A stretch of DNA of 32,000 nucleotides from Caldimicrobium thiodismutans (GTDB lineage: Bacteria; Desulfobacterota; Thermodesulfobacteria; Thermodesulfobacteriales; Thermodesulfobacteriaceae). This document shows, piece after piece, positions 25,302-32,000 of the stretch (the first letter of the stretch is position 1; each line of letters opens with the position of its first letter). The DNA lies in NCBI RefSeq assembly GCF_001548275.1, contig NZ_AP014945.1, positions 180,001-212,000 of the forward strand. The letters are read 5' to 3'. Made by a program: the position numbers and the translations under genes. Below the pieces are notes generated by a model. The model was not told the origin of the DNA, searched no databases, and saw nothing but the letters and a program-made list of their open reading frames with translations.

Positions 25302-25742
25302 ATGAGTAGAAAACTCAAGATTTTAAGGCTTTTATCTTGGTATAAAAGCTTGCAAGAAGAACAGAATAAGCTCAGGGTCTATAATGCTAAGTTGAATCTT
25401 CAGAAACTTCTTGAAGAAAAAGAAATCCTTGACGAGGAATATGGAGAATGTTATAAATATCTCAAAGAACAAAGGTCCTTTAGTGGAGAGGAGTTGCGGA
25501 GTTGGTTTGGCTATTTGGAAAGACTTATAGAGTTTCGCCAAATATCCGATAAAAAGGTAGAGATGCAAAAGGGTATTTTAAGTGAGCTTCAGGAGGAATT
25601 AAAGAGAAAGAATCAGGAAAAGAGACTTATGGAGAGGCTTACAGAAAAGACTCAAAGGCAACTTGACCTTGAGGAGATGAAGAAGGAATGGAAGGATCTG
25701 GATGATTTAATTTTAATGCGCAGAGGCAGGAGTCTTGATTAA
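25302..25742 (+). CDS. fliJ: Flagellar export chaperone/stalk protein FliJ
   Basis: 146-aa predicted coiled-coil protein immediately after fliI. The C-terminus ..RLMERLTEKTQRQLDLEEMKKEWKDLDDL resembles FliJ. Confidence 0.7.
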   Translation: MSRKLKILRLLSWYKSLQEEQNKLRVYNAKLNLQKLLEEKEILDEEYGECYKYLKEQRSFSGEELRSWFGYLERLIEFRQISDKKVEMQKGILSELQEELKRKNQEKRLMERLTEKTQRQLDLEEMKKEWKDLDDLILMRRGRSLD

Positions 25743-26262
25743 AGGAAAAACCCTTTTTAGAGCCATAGTTGCTATTTTTCTGGTTAAATTTTCCCTTGGA
25801 CTTATCTATATTTTTTCAGAACTGCCCTTGCTTTCAGCTAAGGAGGCGCAACCAAATTATACCTGCCCTCCTGAGATTTCAGAATCTCTTTATTTTGAGA
25901 GGGAAAGACTTTTACAGAAAGAAAGAGCTCTTGAGAGTAGGGAAAGGGAGCTCAAACTTTTGGAGAAGCGCATTGAGGAGCAGATGAATGCCCTGAATCA
26001 GCTTTCCTCCGAGGTTGAGGAAAAGCTCAATAGGATTTCTGCTATCCAGGATGAGCGTGTAAAACTGTTGGTTAAGGCCTATTCTGAGATGAGGCCAGCC
26101 AAGGCTGCCCAGCTTCTTATAAATATGGATAAGGAAATGGCTGTCAAGATTCTGAGTCAGTTAAAAAGTAATCAAGTAGCCAGCATCTTAAGTGCTATGC
26201 CTCCTGAAAAGGCAGCTACTCTTGCTGAGGCTCTTTCAGGATATCCTCCGAAAGAATATTAG
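25735..26262 (+). CDS. MgtE_N/MotE-like flagellar protein (YlxF/FlbB-like)
   Basis: N-terminal TM helix, a coiled coil, then ..LVKAYSEMRPAKAAQLLINMDKEMAVKILSQLKSNQVASILSAMPPEKAATLAEAL (MgtE-N-like helical repeat). It holds the same position as ylxF after fliJ in fla/che-type operons. TTG start. Confidence 0.6.
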   Translation: MIKGKTLFRAIVAIFLVKFSLGLIYIFSELPLLSAKEAQPNYTCPPEISESLYFERERLLQKERALESRERELKLLEKRIEEQMNALNQLSSEVEEKLNRISAIQDERVKLLVKAYSEMRPAKAAQLLINMDKEMAVKILSQLKSNQVASILSAMPPEKAATLAEALSGYPPKEY

Positions 26263-26962
26263 TTTTCTCTAAAAATCTCCCTAAGAAAAGACCAAATTCA
26301 AAAAGCCCATAGAGGGGAAGGGCTAATAAGCTCATATTGATAGCATCCGGTGTGGGAGTAATTATAGCTGAAAATACCACAATGAAAAAAAATATTTCCT
26401 TCCGATATTTAGTAACTTTATTCGGTTTTAAAATTTTAAGCAAGGTAAGAAGAGAAAGAAGCAGGGGAAGTTCAAAGATAAAACCAAAGGCAAGGAGAAA
26501 GAAACTAAAAAAGTTAACAAAGTGATAGAGGGCTATGGAAGGCTCTAAGGTTTCCGTTTTAAAGGAGATTAAAAATTTAATTCCATAGGGTAGGGTTATA
26601 AAATAAGCAAAAAGTATTCCTCCATAAAAGAAAAGTATCCCCAGGAGGTAAAAAAGGGCTAAGAATCTTTTTTTTAGTGATAGAAAGGAATCAAGAATTG
26701 AGAGTAATCCAAAATAAAAAACAGGAAAGAGGAGAATTATAAACAGGGTCAATGAGAATTTTAAGAGAGAAATGAGAGGTTCTGTGATAGTAAAGAAAAC
26801 AAATTTTTGCTGATACTTTTTCTCAAGATAAGCTAAAATATCCGGGGCATACCAGAAAATTGTGAGATAAAGGACCCCTGCCAGAGGAAGGATAATGAAT
26901 CCCTTTCTTTTAAAAAAGTTAAGGAGGAGTTTTAAGCTTTTAACTAAAAAAGAGCGATTCAT
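26216..26962 (-). CDS. tatC: Sec-independent protein translocase TatC-like
   Basis: 248-aa polytopic membrane protein of about six TM helices. TITEPLISLLKFSL..LFPVFYF.., ..GGILFAYFITLPYGIKFLISF.. and ..TPTPDAINM.. resemble TatC. The N-terminus is divergent and lacks a clear HLxELR motif. Confidence 0.7.
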   Translation of the reverse strand: MNRSFLVKSLKLLLNFFKRKGFIILPLAGVLYLTIFWYAPDILAYLEKKYQQKFVFFTITEPLISLLKFSLTLFIILLFPVFYFGLLSILDSFLSLKKRFLALFYLLGILFFYGGILFAYFITLPYGIKFLISFKTETLEPSIALYHFVNFFSFFLLAFGFIFELPLLLSLLTLLKILKPNKVTKYRKEIFFFIVVFSAIITPTPDAINMSLLALPLYGLFEFGLFLGRFLEKTNILSEDILKEPQQE

Positions 26963-26970
26963 TCGGAGGA

Positions 26971-27783
26971 TTAGAGGACATTTTCTTTAACAAAGGTGAC
27001 TGCATTTTCGAAGATAGTTAAGCCCTGGGCTTTAAGATCTGAAAGTCTTGTCCAGCGGGGATGATTGGTGAAATGATTGAAGGCCTCAGGATGTGGCATA
27101 AGGCCAAAAATTCTGCCAGTAGGGTCTGTTAGACCTGCTACAGCCTCAATTGAACCATTTGGATTAAAGGGATACTCCAAGGTAGGCTCTTTAGTATAGG
27201 GATGAATGTATTGAAGAGCAATCTGGCCATGTTTTTTGAGTTCTTCCATAAGGGATGAACTTTCGGGAATAAATTTCCCCTCTCCATGTCTAACAGGCAG
27301 ATAGATCTCTGTAAGCCCCTTTAGGAAAATACAGGGACTCTTAGGATTAACCTTTAAAAGGACCCACCTATCCTCAAATCTTGAGGAATCGTTGTAAGTA
27401 AGAGTGCACTTTCTCTGGCCAAGATAAGTGCCTCCAGGCAGTAAACCCATTTTAACAAGAAGTTGAAAACCATTACAGATTCCGAGGATAAGGCCACCCC
27501 TGGAGAGAAAGTCCATAAGTTCATCCCAAAGGGAGGTCTTCCCCTGAATTTTTAAATATCTAAAGCGATGAGAACAGGCCTGAGCAGACCCAAGGTGATC
27601 CCCATCAAGAAACCCGCCAGGAAAACAAAGAATGTGATAATCTTTAAGAGATTTTTCACCAGAGAAAATCTCAGAAAGATGGACAATCTCTGAGTGAGCT
27701 CCTACCTTTTGAAAGACAAAATTAGTCTCTTGTTCACAATTTATTCCATATCCCCAGAGAACAAGAACTTTGACCTTTGTCAT
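26971..27783 (-). CDS. purQ: Phosphoribosylformylglycinamidine synthase, glutamine amidotransferase subunit (PurQ-type)
   Basis: Class I GATase. Nucleophile elbow GICNGFQLLVKMGLLPG and the His/Glu pair in MPHPE. N-terminal ..KVLVLWGYGINCEQET. At 270 aa it is longer than typical PurQ. Confidence 0.75.
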   Translation of the reverse strand: MTKVKVLVLWGYGINCEQETNFVFQKVGAHSEIVHLSEIFSGEKSLKDYHILCFPGGFLDGDHLGSAQACSHRFRYLKIQGKTSLWDELMDFLSRGGLILGICNGFQLLVKMGLLPGGTYLGQRKCTLTYNDSSRFEDRWVLLKVNPKSPCIFLKGLTEIYLPVRHGEGKFIPESSSLMEELKKHGQIALQYIHPYTKEPTLEYPFNPNGSIEAVAGLTDPTGRIFGLMPHPEAFNHFTNHPRWTRLSDLKAQGLTIFENAVTFVKENVL

Positions 27784-27793
27784 CTCTTCAGCC

Positions 27794-27821
27794 TTGTCAG
27801 GATCTCAAAATAAGGTATAAT
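27794..27821 (+). promoter_or_regulatory. Sigma-70 promoter for the 932-aa secreted protein gene
   Basis: TTGTCA (27794-27799), 16 nt, TATAAT (27816-27821), 42 nt upstream of the ATG at 27864. Confidence 0.55.
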
Positions 27822-27863
27822 GCTTTTTAGCCTATTATAAACCTAATTTCAGAAAATCCCAAG

Positions 27864-30662
27864 ATGCCCTCTTTATTTTTATTTATTTTTTGTCTCCTTT
27901 TTCCTTTGACTCTTAAGGCAGAATTTCTTAAGGCTCAATATGAGCTCACTCTCTATCCTGAAAAGAAGCTTTTACAGGGAAATGCTACCTTTGAACTTAA
28001 CAAAGAGGGGGTTTATGAGTTTCAGATACAGGATTTAAGAATAGAAAAAGCAAAAATTGGTAATGAGACCCTGAGGATTTCTGAAGGGGAAGATAGAAAT
28101 TATCTGAAGATTTATAATTTTAAGAAAAATGCCACCTTAACTTTGACTTTTGAAAGGGAACTACCTTTTAAGGTTTCTCCTTTACCACAGGTGCTTGAAA
28201 ATTATCTTCCCTTTCCCAGGGTTCAACTTCCTTTGGAGATATCAATTCAAATTCAGGGTAAGCTCCCCTATCAGCTCATTTTACCTTACGAGGAAAAGGA
28301 GGAAAAAGAGGGAATAAGTGTATATCGAATAAAAGAGCCTTTTTCAAAGGCCCCTCCTTTGATTTTGGGGAGTTTTAAAGAAAAAAGGCTGACTCTTCAG
28401 GGAAGGGAATTTCTTTTTTATCTACCTAAGGATTTTTCTGAAAAGCTCTGGGAAGAGTGGGAGGCCTCTTTAAAAAAAGGTGCAAATAAGCTTCAGGGCA
28501 CTTTCTCCTTACTTCCCTATCCAAGGTTTTATGTCTTTTTAACCTTTGAAAGAAAAAGTTTTCCCTTAGGGATTTTTTTACCCCTTCCTTCAGATAGAGC
28601 TACTTTAATAAACGATCTCTTTGTGGGGCTTGTTGAACAAATCCTTGAATATGGTCTAAATTTTAATGATGAACTTCTGGAAGGATTAAAGACATATTTA
28701 ACTTCTTATGCCCTTTCATCAGACCAAAAGGCTCTTCGCAAGTCCTTTCTTTTAAATTCAGCTCCAAAAGAAAGGGCCTTTTTTCGTCTCTTTGAATGGA
28801 TAAACAGGCTTGGGGAGGAGAGGTTTAAAAAATTTTGGGATTTTTACCTTGGAAGGTATCTTTTTAATGGATCAAGTAATGAGCTTTTTTGGAGGTCTGC
28901 TGCAAATTACTTTAAGGAACCCTTTCCTTTATTAGATTTGCCCTTTCAAAGGGTAAGCCTTAAAGTCAAACCTGAGGTTAAGTACTTAGACAACCAAAAA
29001 AAATATCACTTAAGGTTAAATATCTCTCAAGAAAAAACCTTTCGTCCTCTAAGGCTTGAGGTTTATTTAGTTACAGAAAAAGATAGGATTTTTAAGACCC
29101 TTTATTTAAACCAAAAGGAGGCCCTTTTTGATTTTTACTTAGAACAAAGGCCTCTTGAAGTAGTCCTTGATCCAGCCTATAAAATTTATCGTGAGTTGAG
29201 CCTTCAGGAGCTTCCTTTGGGCTGGAATATTTTAAAGGAGAGCGATATTTCCATTTATTTGTCTCAAAAGGAGCTTCTTCCAGTTTATAGAGAATTTTTA
29301 GAAAATTTACGGAAAAGGGGAGCTGAATTAAATTTTGGAACTATCTCTTTTTCTGCGCTACCCCTTAAAAATCTTCTTTTTTTGGAGACCCCTCCTCAAG
29401 GATTTCATCTTCCCCTTCCAGAGGAGGGAATTTATTTTAAGATTCTTCCCCATCCTAACTCATCTAATCATTTTTTGGCCTTTGCCAAGATTTCTTCCTT
29501 ACGGGAATGGAGGAAATTTAAACCAAAGGAAGATAGTGTAAAATTGGCCACAGGTTTTTTATTTCAGAGTGGGAAATTTCTATATAATTTTAAAGCGGAA
29601 TTAAGAGATGGCCTTTCTATCAGGCTGGATGAAAAAGAGAAAGTCTTTGGAGCGAAGAGTTCCCAAATCCTCCCTTTAGATGAATTTTTTCCTGAGTGGT
29701 TAGGGCTCCAGGCCCTTTTAATAGGGGAAACGCATGATCGCTACGAACATCATCGCTTTCAATTAGAGGTGATAAAGGGTCTCCATCACTATTTTAAAGA
29801 TCTTACTATAGGTCTTGAGATGGTGCAGAGTCCTTTTCAAAAACACTTAGATGATTTTGTTGAGGGCAGGATCTCTGAAAAAGAACTTCTTGAAAGAATA
29901 GAATATTATGATCGCTGGAGATTTGATTATAGACTATATAGAGATATTTTTCTTTATGCCAGAGAACATAAGCTCAAGCTTCTTGCTTTAGATGTTCCAC
30001 AGGAAATAGTAAAAAAGGTAGCCAAGACGGGCTTTTCTGATCTGACCGAAGAGGAGAAAAAATATCTTCCTGAAATGGATCTTTATAATCCTGCTTATAA
30101 AGATTTTTTGAAGGGTATTTTTGAATCACACAGATTTGATAATTCGACTAATTTTGAATCCTTTTATCAGGCACAACTTTTAAGAGATGAGGCGATGGCA
30201 GAAAGAATCTTTGAATATCTCAAAAAAAATCCGGAGAGAAAGATAATTGTAATTACTGGGAAGGGACATCTTCAGTATTATTACGGTATCCCCCATGCCC
30301 TAAAAAGGAGAAATTTTACCAATTTTAAAACTATTATTCTTGGGGAGACAGAGGACTTTAAACCCTCCTTAGGGGATTACTGGTTTAATCCAGCCCCTGT
30401 TGAATATGAAAAGACCCTTCAGCTGGGTGTAATTCTTGATGAAACCTCTGAGGGGCTTAAAATCAAGGAGGTCTTAAAAGATAGCTTAGCTGAAAGGAGT
30501 GGACTTAGGGCTGGAGATATTCTTTTAAAAGCAGATGAAAGAACTTTAAAGAGGATTAGCGATCTTAAGATAGTTCTTACCTTTAAGGAAAAAGGTTCTG
30601 AATTAGCTTTGACCTTCAAGCGGGAAAATGAAAATAAAAGAATACAAATTTTATTAAAGTAA
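27864..30662 (+). CDS. Secreted multidomain protein: M1-aminopeptidase-like domain lacking HExxH, a ChaN/Tiki-superfamily domain and a C-terminal PDZ
   Basis: Signal peptide MPSLFLFIFCLLFPLTLKA. M1-like N-domain onset (YELTLYPEKKLLQGNATFEL). VEQIL sits where HExxH is expected, followed by LLEGLKTYL (like WLNEGFATY). ChaN-type block LLIGETHDRYEHHRFQLE..LGLEMV..RWRFDY..ITGKGHL. PDZ LGVILDETSEGLKIKEVLKDSLAERSGLRAGDILLKAD. Confidence 0.65.
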   Translation: MPSLFLFIFCLLFPLTLKAEFLKAQYELTLYPEKKLLQGNATFELNKEGVYEFQIQDLRIEKAKIGNETLRISEGEDRNYLKIYNFKKNATLTLTFERELPFKVSPLPQVLENYLPFPRVQLPLEISIQIQGKLPYQLILPYEEKEEKEGISVYRIKEPFSKAPPLILGSFKEKRLTLQGREFLFYLPKDFSEKLWEEWEASLKKGANKLQGTFSLLPYPRFYVFLTFERKSFPLGIFLPLPSDRATLINDLFVGLVEQILEYGLNFNDELLEGLKTYLTSYALSSDQKALRKSFLLNSAPKERAFFRLFEWINRLGEERFKKFWDFYLGRYLFNGSSNELFWRSAANYFKEPFPLLDLPFQRVSLKVKPEVKYLDNQKKYHLRLNISQEKTFRPLRLEVYLVTEKDRIFKTLYLNQKEALFDFYLEQRPLEVVLDPAYKIYRELSLQELPLGWNILKESDISIYLSQKELLPVYREFLENLRKRGAELNFGTISFSALPLKNLLFLETPPQGFHLPLPEEGIYFKILPHPNSSNHFLAFAKISSLREWRKFKPKEDSVKLATGFLFQSGKFLYNFKAELRDGLSIRLDEKEKVFGAKSSQILPLDEFFPEWLGLQALLIGETHDRYEHHRFQLEVIKGLHHYFKDLTIGLEMVQSPFQKHLDDFVEGRISEKELLERIEYYDRWRFDYRLYRDIFLYAREHKLKLLALDVPQEIVKKVAKTGFSDLTEEEKKYLPEMDLYNPAYKDFLKGIFESHRFDNSTNFESFYQAQLLRDEAMAERIFEYLKKNPERKIIVITGKGHLQYYYGIPHALKRRNFTNFKTIILGETEDFKPSLGDYWFNPAPVEYEKTLQLGVILDETSEGLKIKEVLKDSLAERSGLRAGDILLKADERTLKRISDLKIVLTFKEKGSELALTFKRENENKRIQILLK

Positions 30663-30673
30663 AAGATTTAAAT

Positions 30674-30700
30674 AAAAAAGGGCCCAAAGGGCCCTTTAAA
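30674..30700. terminator. Bidirectional intrinsic terminator
   Basis: AAAAAAGGGCCC-AAA-GGGCCCTTTAAAAAA lies between the convergent 932-aa gene (stop 30662) and hup (stop 30718). Confidence 0.7.
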
Positions 30701-30717
30701 AAAGCCTATAGTTTATT

Positions 30718-30990
30718 TTACTTAGCTGCGTCTTCTAATTTTTTCCCAGGTGCAAACTTAACAACCTTTTTAGCTGGAATTTTAAGAGGCTCACCTGTTC
30801 TGGGATTTCTACCGCTTCTGGCTGCTCTTTTGACAACCTGAAAGGTTCCAAAACCAACAAGGACCACCTTGTCACCTTTGGAAATAGCTTCTTCTACCGC
30901 CTGCATGAAGGCATCTAATAACTTTTCAGCATTGGCCTTGGTGGTTCCAGAGATTTCGGCCATTCTCTTAACTAAATCTGCCTTGTTCAT
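30718..30990 (-). CDS. hup: Nucleoid-associated DNA-binding protein HU
   Basis: 90 aa. MNKADLVKRMAE..VLVGFGTFQVVKRAARSGRNPRTGEPLKIPAKKVVKFAPGKKL is the canonical HU/IHF fold sequence. GGAGGGAG lies upstream. Confidence 0.95.
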   Translation of the reverse strand: MNKADLVKRMAEISGTTKANAEKLLDAFMQAVEEAISKGDKVVLVGFGTFQVVKRAARSGRNPRTGEPLKIPAKKVVKFAPGKKLEDAAK

Positions 30991-31022
30991 AGCTCCCTCC
31001 TTCCGTAAAGATTTTTAAATTT

Positions 31023-31050
31023 TTTATACTAAGGTTTAAAATTTTGTCAA
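31023..31050 (-). promoter_or_regulatory. Sigma-70 promoter for hup
   Basis: Minus strand reads TTGACA (31050-31045), 16 nt, TATAAA (31028-31023), about 30 nt upstream of the hup ATG. Confidence 0.55.
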
Positions 31051-31084
31051 GGGTAAATTTTACTTTTTTTAGGATTTTTTTCTC

Positions 31085-32000
31085 TCAAGCATCAAAAAAA
31101 TGAGGGAAGGGGAGCCTTTTTCTAAAAGCAAGGACAGCAAGTTGACGCAGGAGGTGATCTGCAAGGACAATTCTCGTCATAGCAGATAGCACAGGAACAA
31201 TTCTTGGAATAGCAGATATATCATGTCTTCCCCCAATCTGAATCTCTATTTCCTCTTTTAGAAGATTAATTGTCCTCTGTGTTTTTCTGTGACTTGGAAT
31301 AGGTTTTACCGCAACTTTTAAAATGAGGTCTTGTCCGGAGGAAATTCCACCTAAGAGTCCTCCGGCATCATTTTTAAGAAAACCCTGTGAAGAGATTGGA
31401 TCGTTATTTAGGGAACCTTTCATCTCTGCAACCTTAAAGCCTGCTCCTATTTCAAAGCCCTTGACTGCTCCTACAGAACAAATGGCCTTAGCAAGCTCAG
31501 CTGATAACTTATCAAAAACTGGTTCACCAAGACCTGCGGGGACATTTTTAGCCAGGATTTCAACGATACCACCTAAGGTGTCTCCTTCTTTTGAAGTCTT
31601 TTCAATTTTTTCTATCATCTTTTCATAAGCAAAAGGGTCAGGACAGAAGAGGCGATTTTGGTAAATAAAATTAAGATCTCGTGCATGGGCGGAAATGCCT
31701 CCAAGATTTATTGTATAGGCGTGCACCTCAATATTATATTCTTCAAGTATCCGTTTGGCAACAGCTCCAGCTGCAACCCTGGCCACAGTTTCTCTTCCAC
31801 TTGCTCTTCCACCACCCCTGTGATCTCTTATTCCATATTTCATGAAGTAGGTAAAGTCTGCATGTCCTGGACGAAAGACCTCTTTGAGAGGTTCGTAAGC
31901 TGAACTCTGAGGGTCCTCATTGTAGATAATAAGGGCAATGGGGGTCCCGGTAGTTAGTCCTTCAAAGACTCCTGAAAGAAGGTGAACTTTGTCTTTTTCC
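31085..32000 (-). CDS. aroC: Chorismate synthase, 5' end outside the window
   Basis: The frame is open to the window edge: ..LSGVFEGLTTGTPIALIIYNEDPQSS.Y..RPGHADFTYFMKYGIRDHRGGGRASGRETVARVAAGAVA.. The C-terminal half ..GGISSGQDLILKVAVKPIPS..GRHDISAIPR.. is also diagnostic AroC. Confidence 0.9.
   Translation of the reverse strand, partial: EKDKVHLLSGVFEGLTTGTPIALIIYNEDPQSSAYEPLKEVFRPGHADFTYFMKYGIRDHRGGGRASGRETVARVAAGAVAKRILEEYNIEVHAYTINLGGISAHARDLNFIYQNRLFCPDPFAYEKMIEKIEKTSKEGDTLGGIVEILAKNVPAGLGEPVFDKLSAELAKAICSVGAVKGFEIGAGFKVAEMKGSLNNDPISSQGFLKNDAGGLLGGISSGQDLILKVAVKPIPSHRKTQRTINLLKEEIEIQIGGRHDISAIPRIVPVLSAMTRIVLADHLLRQLAVLAFRKRLPFPHFFDA

Noticed and set aside
25526-25552. Sigma-28-like element TATA-N15-TCCGATAA inside fliJ
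   Set aside because: It matches TAAA-N15-GCCGATAA at 10/12. My rough estimate is about one such match by chance in this window, and more given the AT bias. It lies within coding sequence about 190 nt before a gene that overlaps fliJ and is likely translationally coupled to it.
16972-26525. Remaining short nested ORFs (16972-17181, 17875-18108, 18719-18901, 19326-19517, 21165-21356, 21696-21917, 22360-22599, 23012-23387, 23616-24005, 25332-25568, 25769-25987, 26337-26525)
   Set aside because: All lie fully inside longer, motif-supported genes in other frames or strands.
29335-31903. Short nested ORFs 29335-29541, 30419-30619, 31323-31628 and 31658-31903
   Set aside because: They lie inside the 932-aa gene or antisense to aroC. 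The aroC frame is clearly the real one (RPGHAD..KYG.RD.RGGGR).

Overview
A chromosomal core region from a compact, roughly 40% GC genome. The proteins are rich in E, K, I and L, which fits a thermophilic, flagellated bacterium, but I cannot assign a taxon from sequence alone. Coding density is very high and many genes overlap at start/stop codons. Left to right: a SlyD-like PPIase (partial); a DUF39 homocysteine-biosynthesis gene with a CBS/ACT gene; a decayed HepT/MntA toxin-antitoxin remnant; and a long minus-strand operon (nifU-like, rpoZ, dnaJ, moaC, dksA-like) ending in a 1,744-aa ORF that encodes two complete UvrA-like units. Then come ilvD-mlaEFD and a roughly 11-kb plus-strand unit: a sigma-54 activator with no sensory domain, a secreted TPR protein, a sigma-54 activator with a degenerate receiver, and flgBC-fliEFGHIJ with a ylxF/MotE-like gene. 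The window ends with tatC-purQ (minus), a secreted 932-aa fusion of an M1-like pseudopeptidase, a ChaN/Tiki domain and a PDZ domain, then hup and aroC (partial). I found no rRNA, tRNA, CRISPR array or intact mobile element. The most unusual items are the fused double UvrA, the kinase-less pair of activators at the head of the flagellar operon, and the pseudopeptidase-ChaN-PDZ protein. All functional calls rest on motifs I recognised by eye and need profile or structure searches to confirm.
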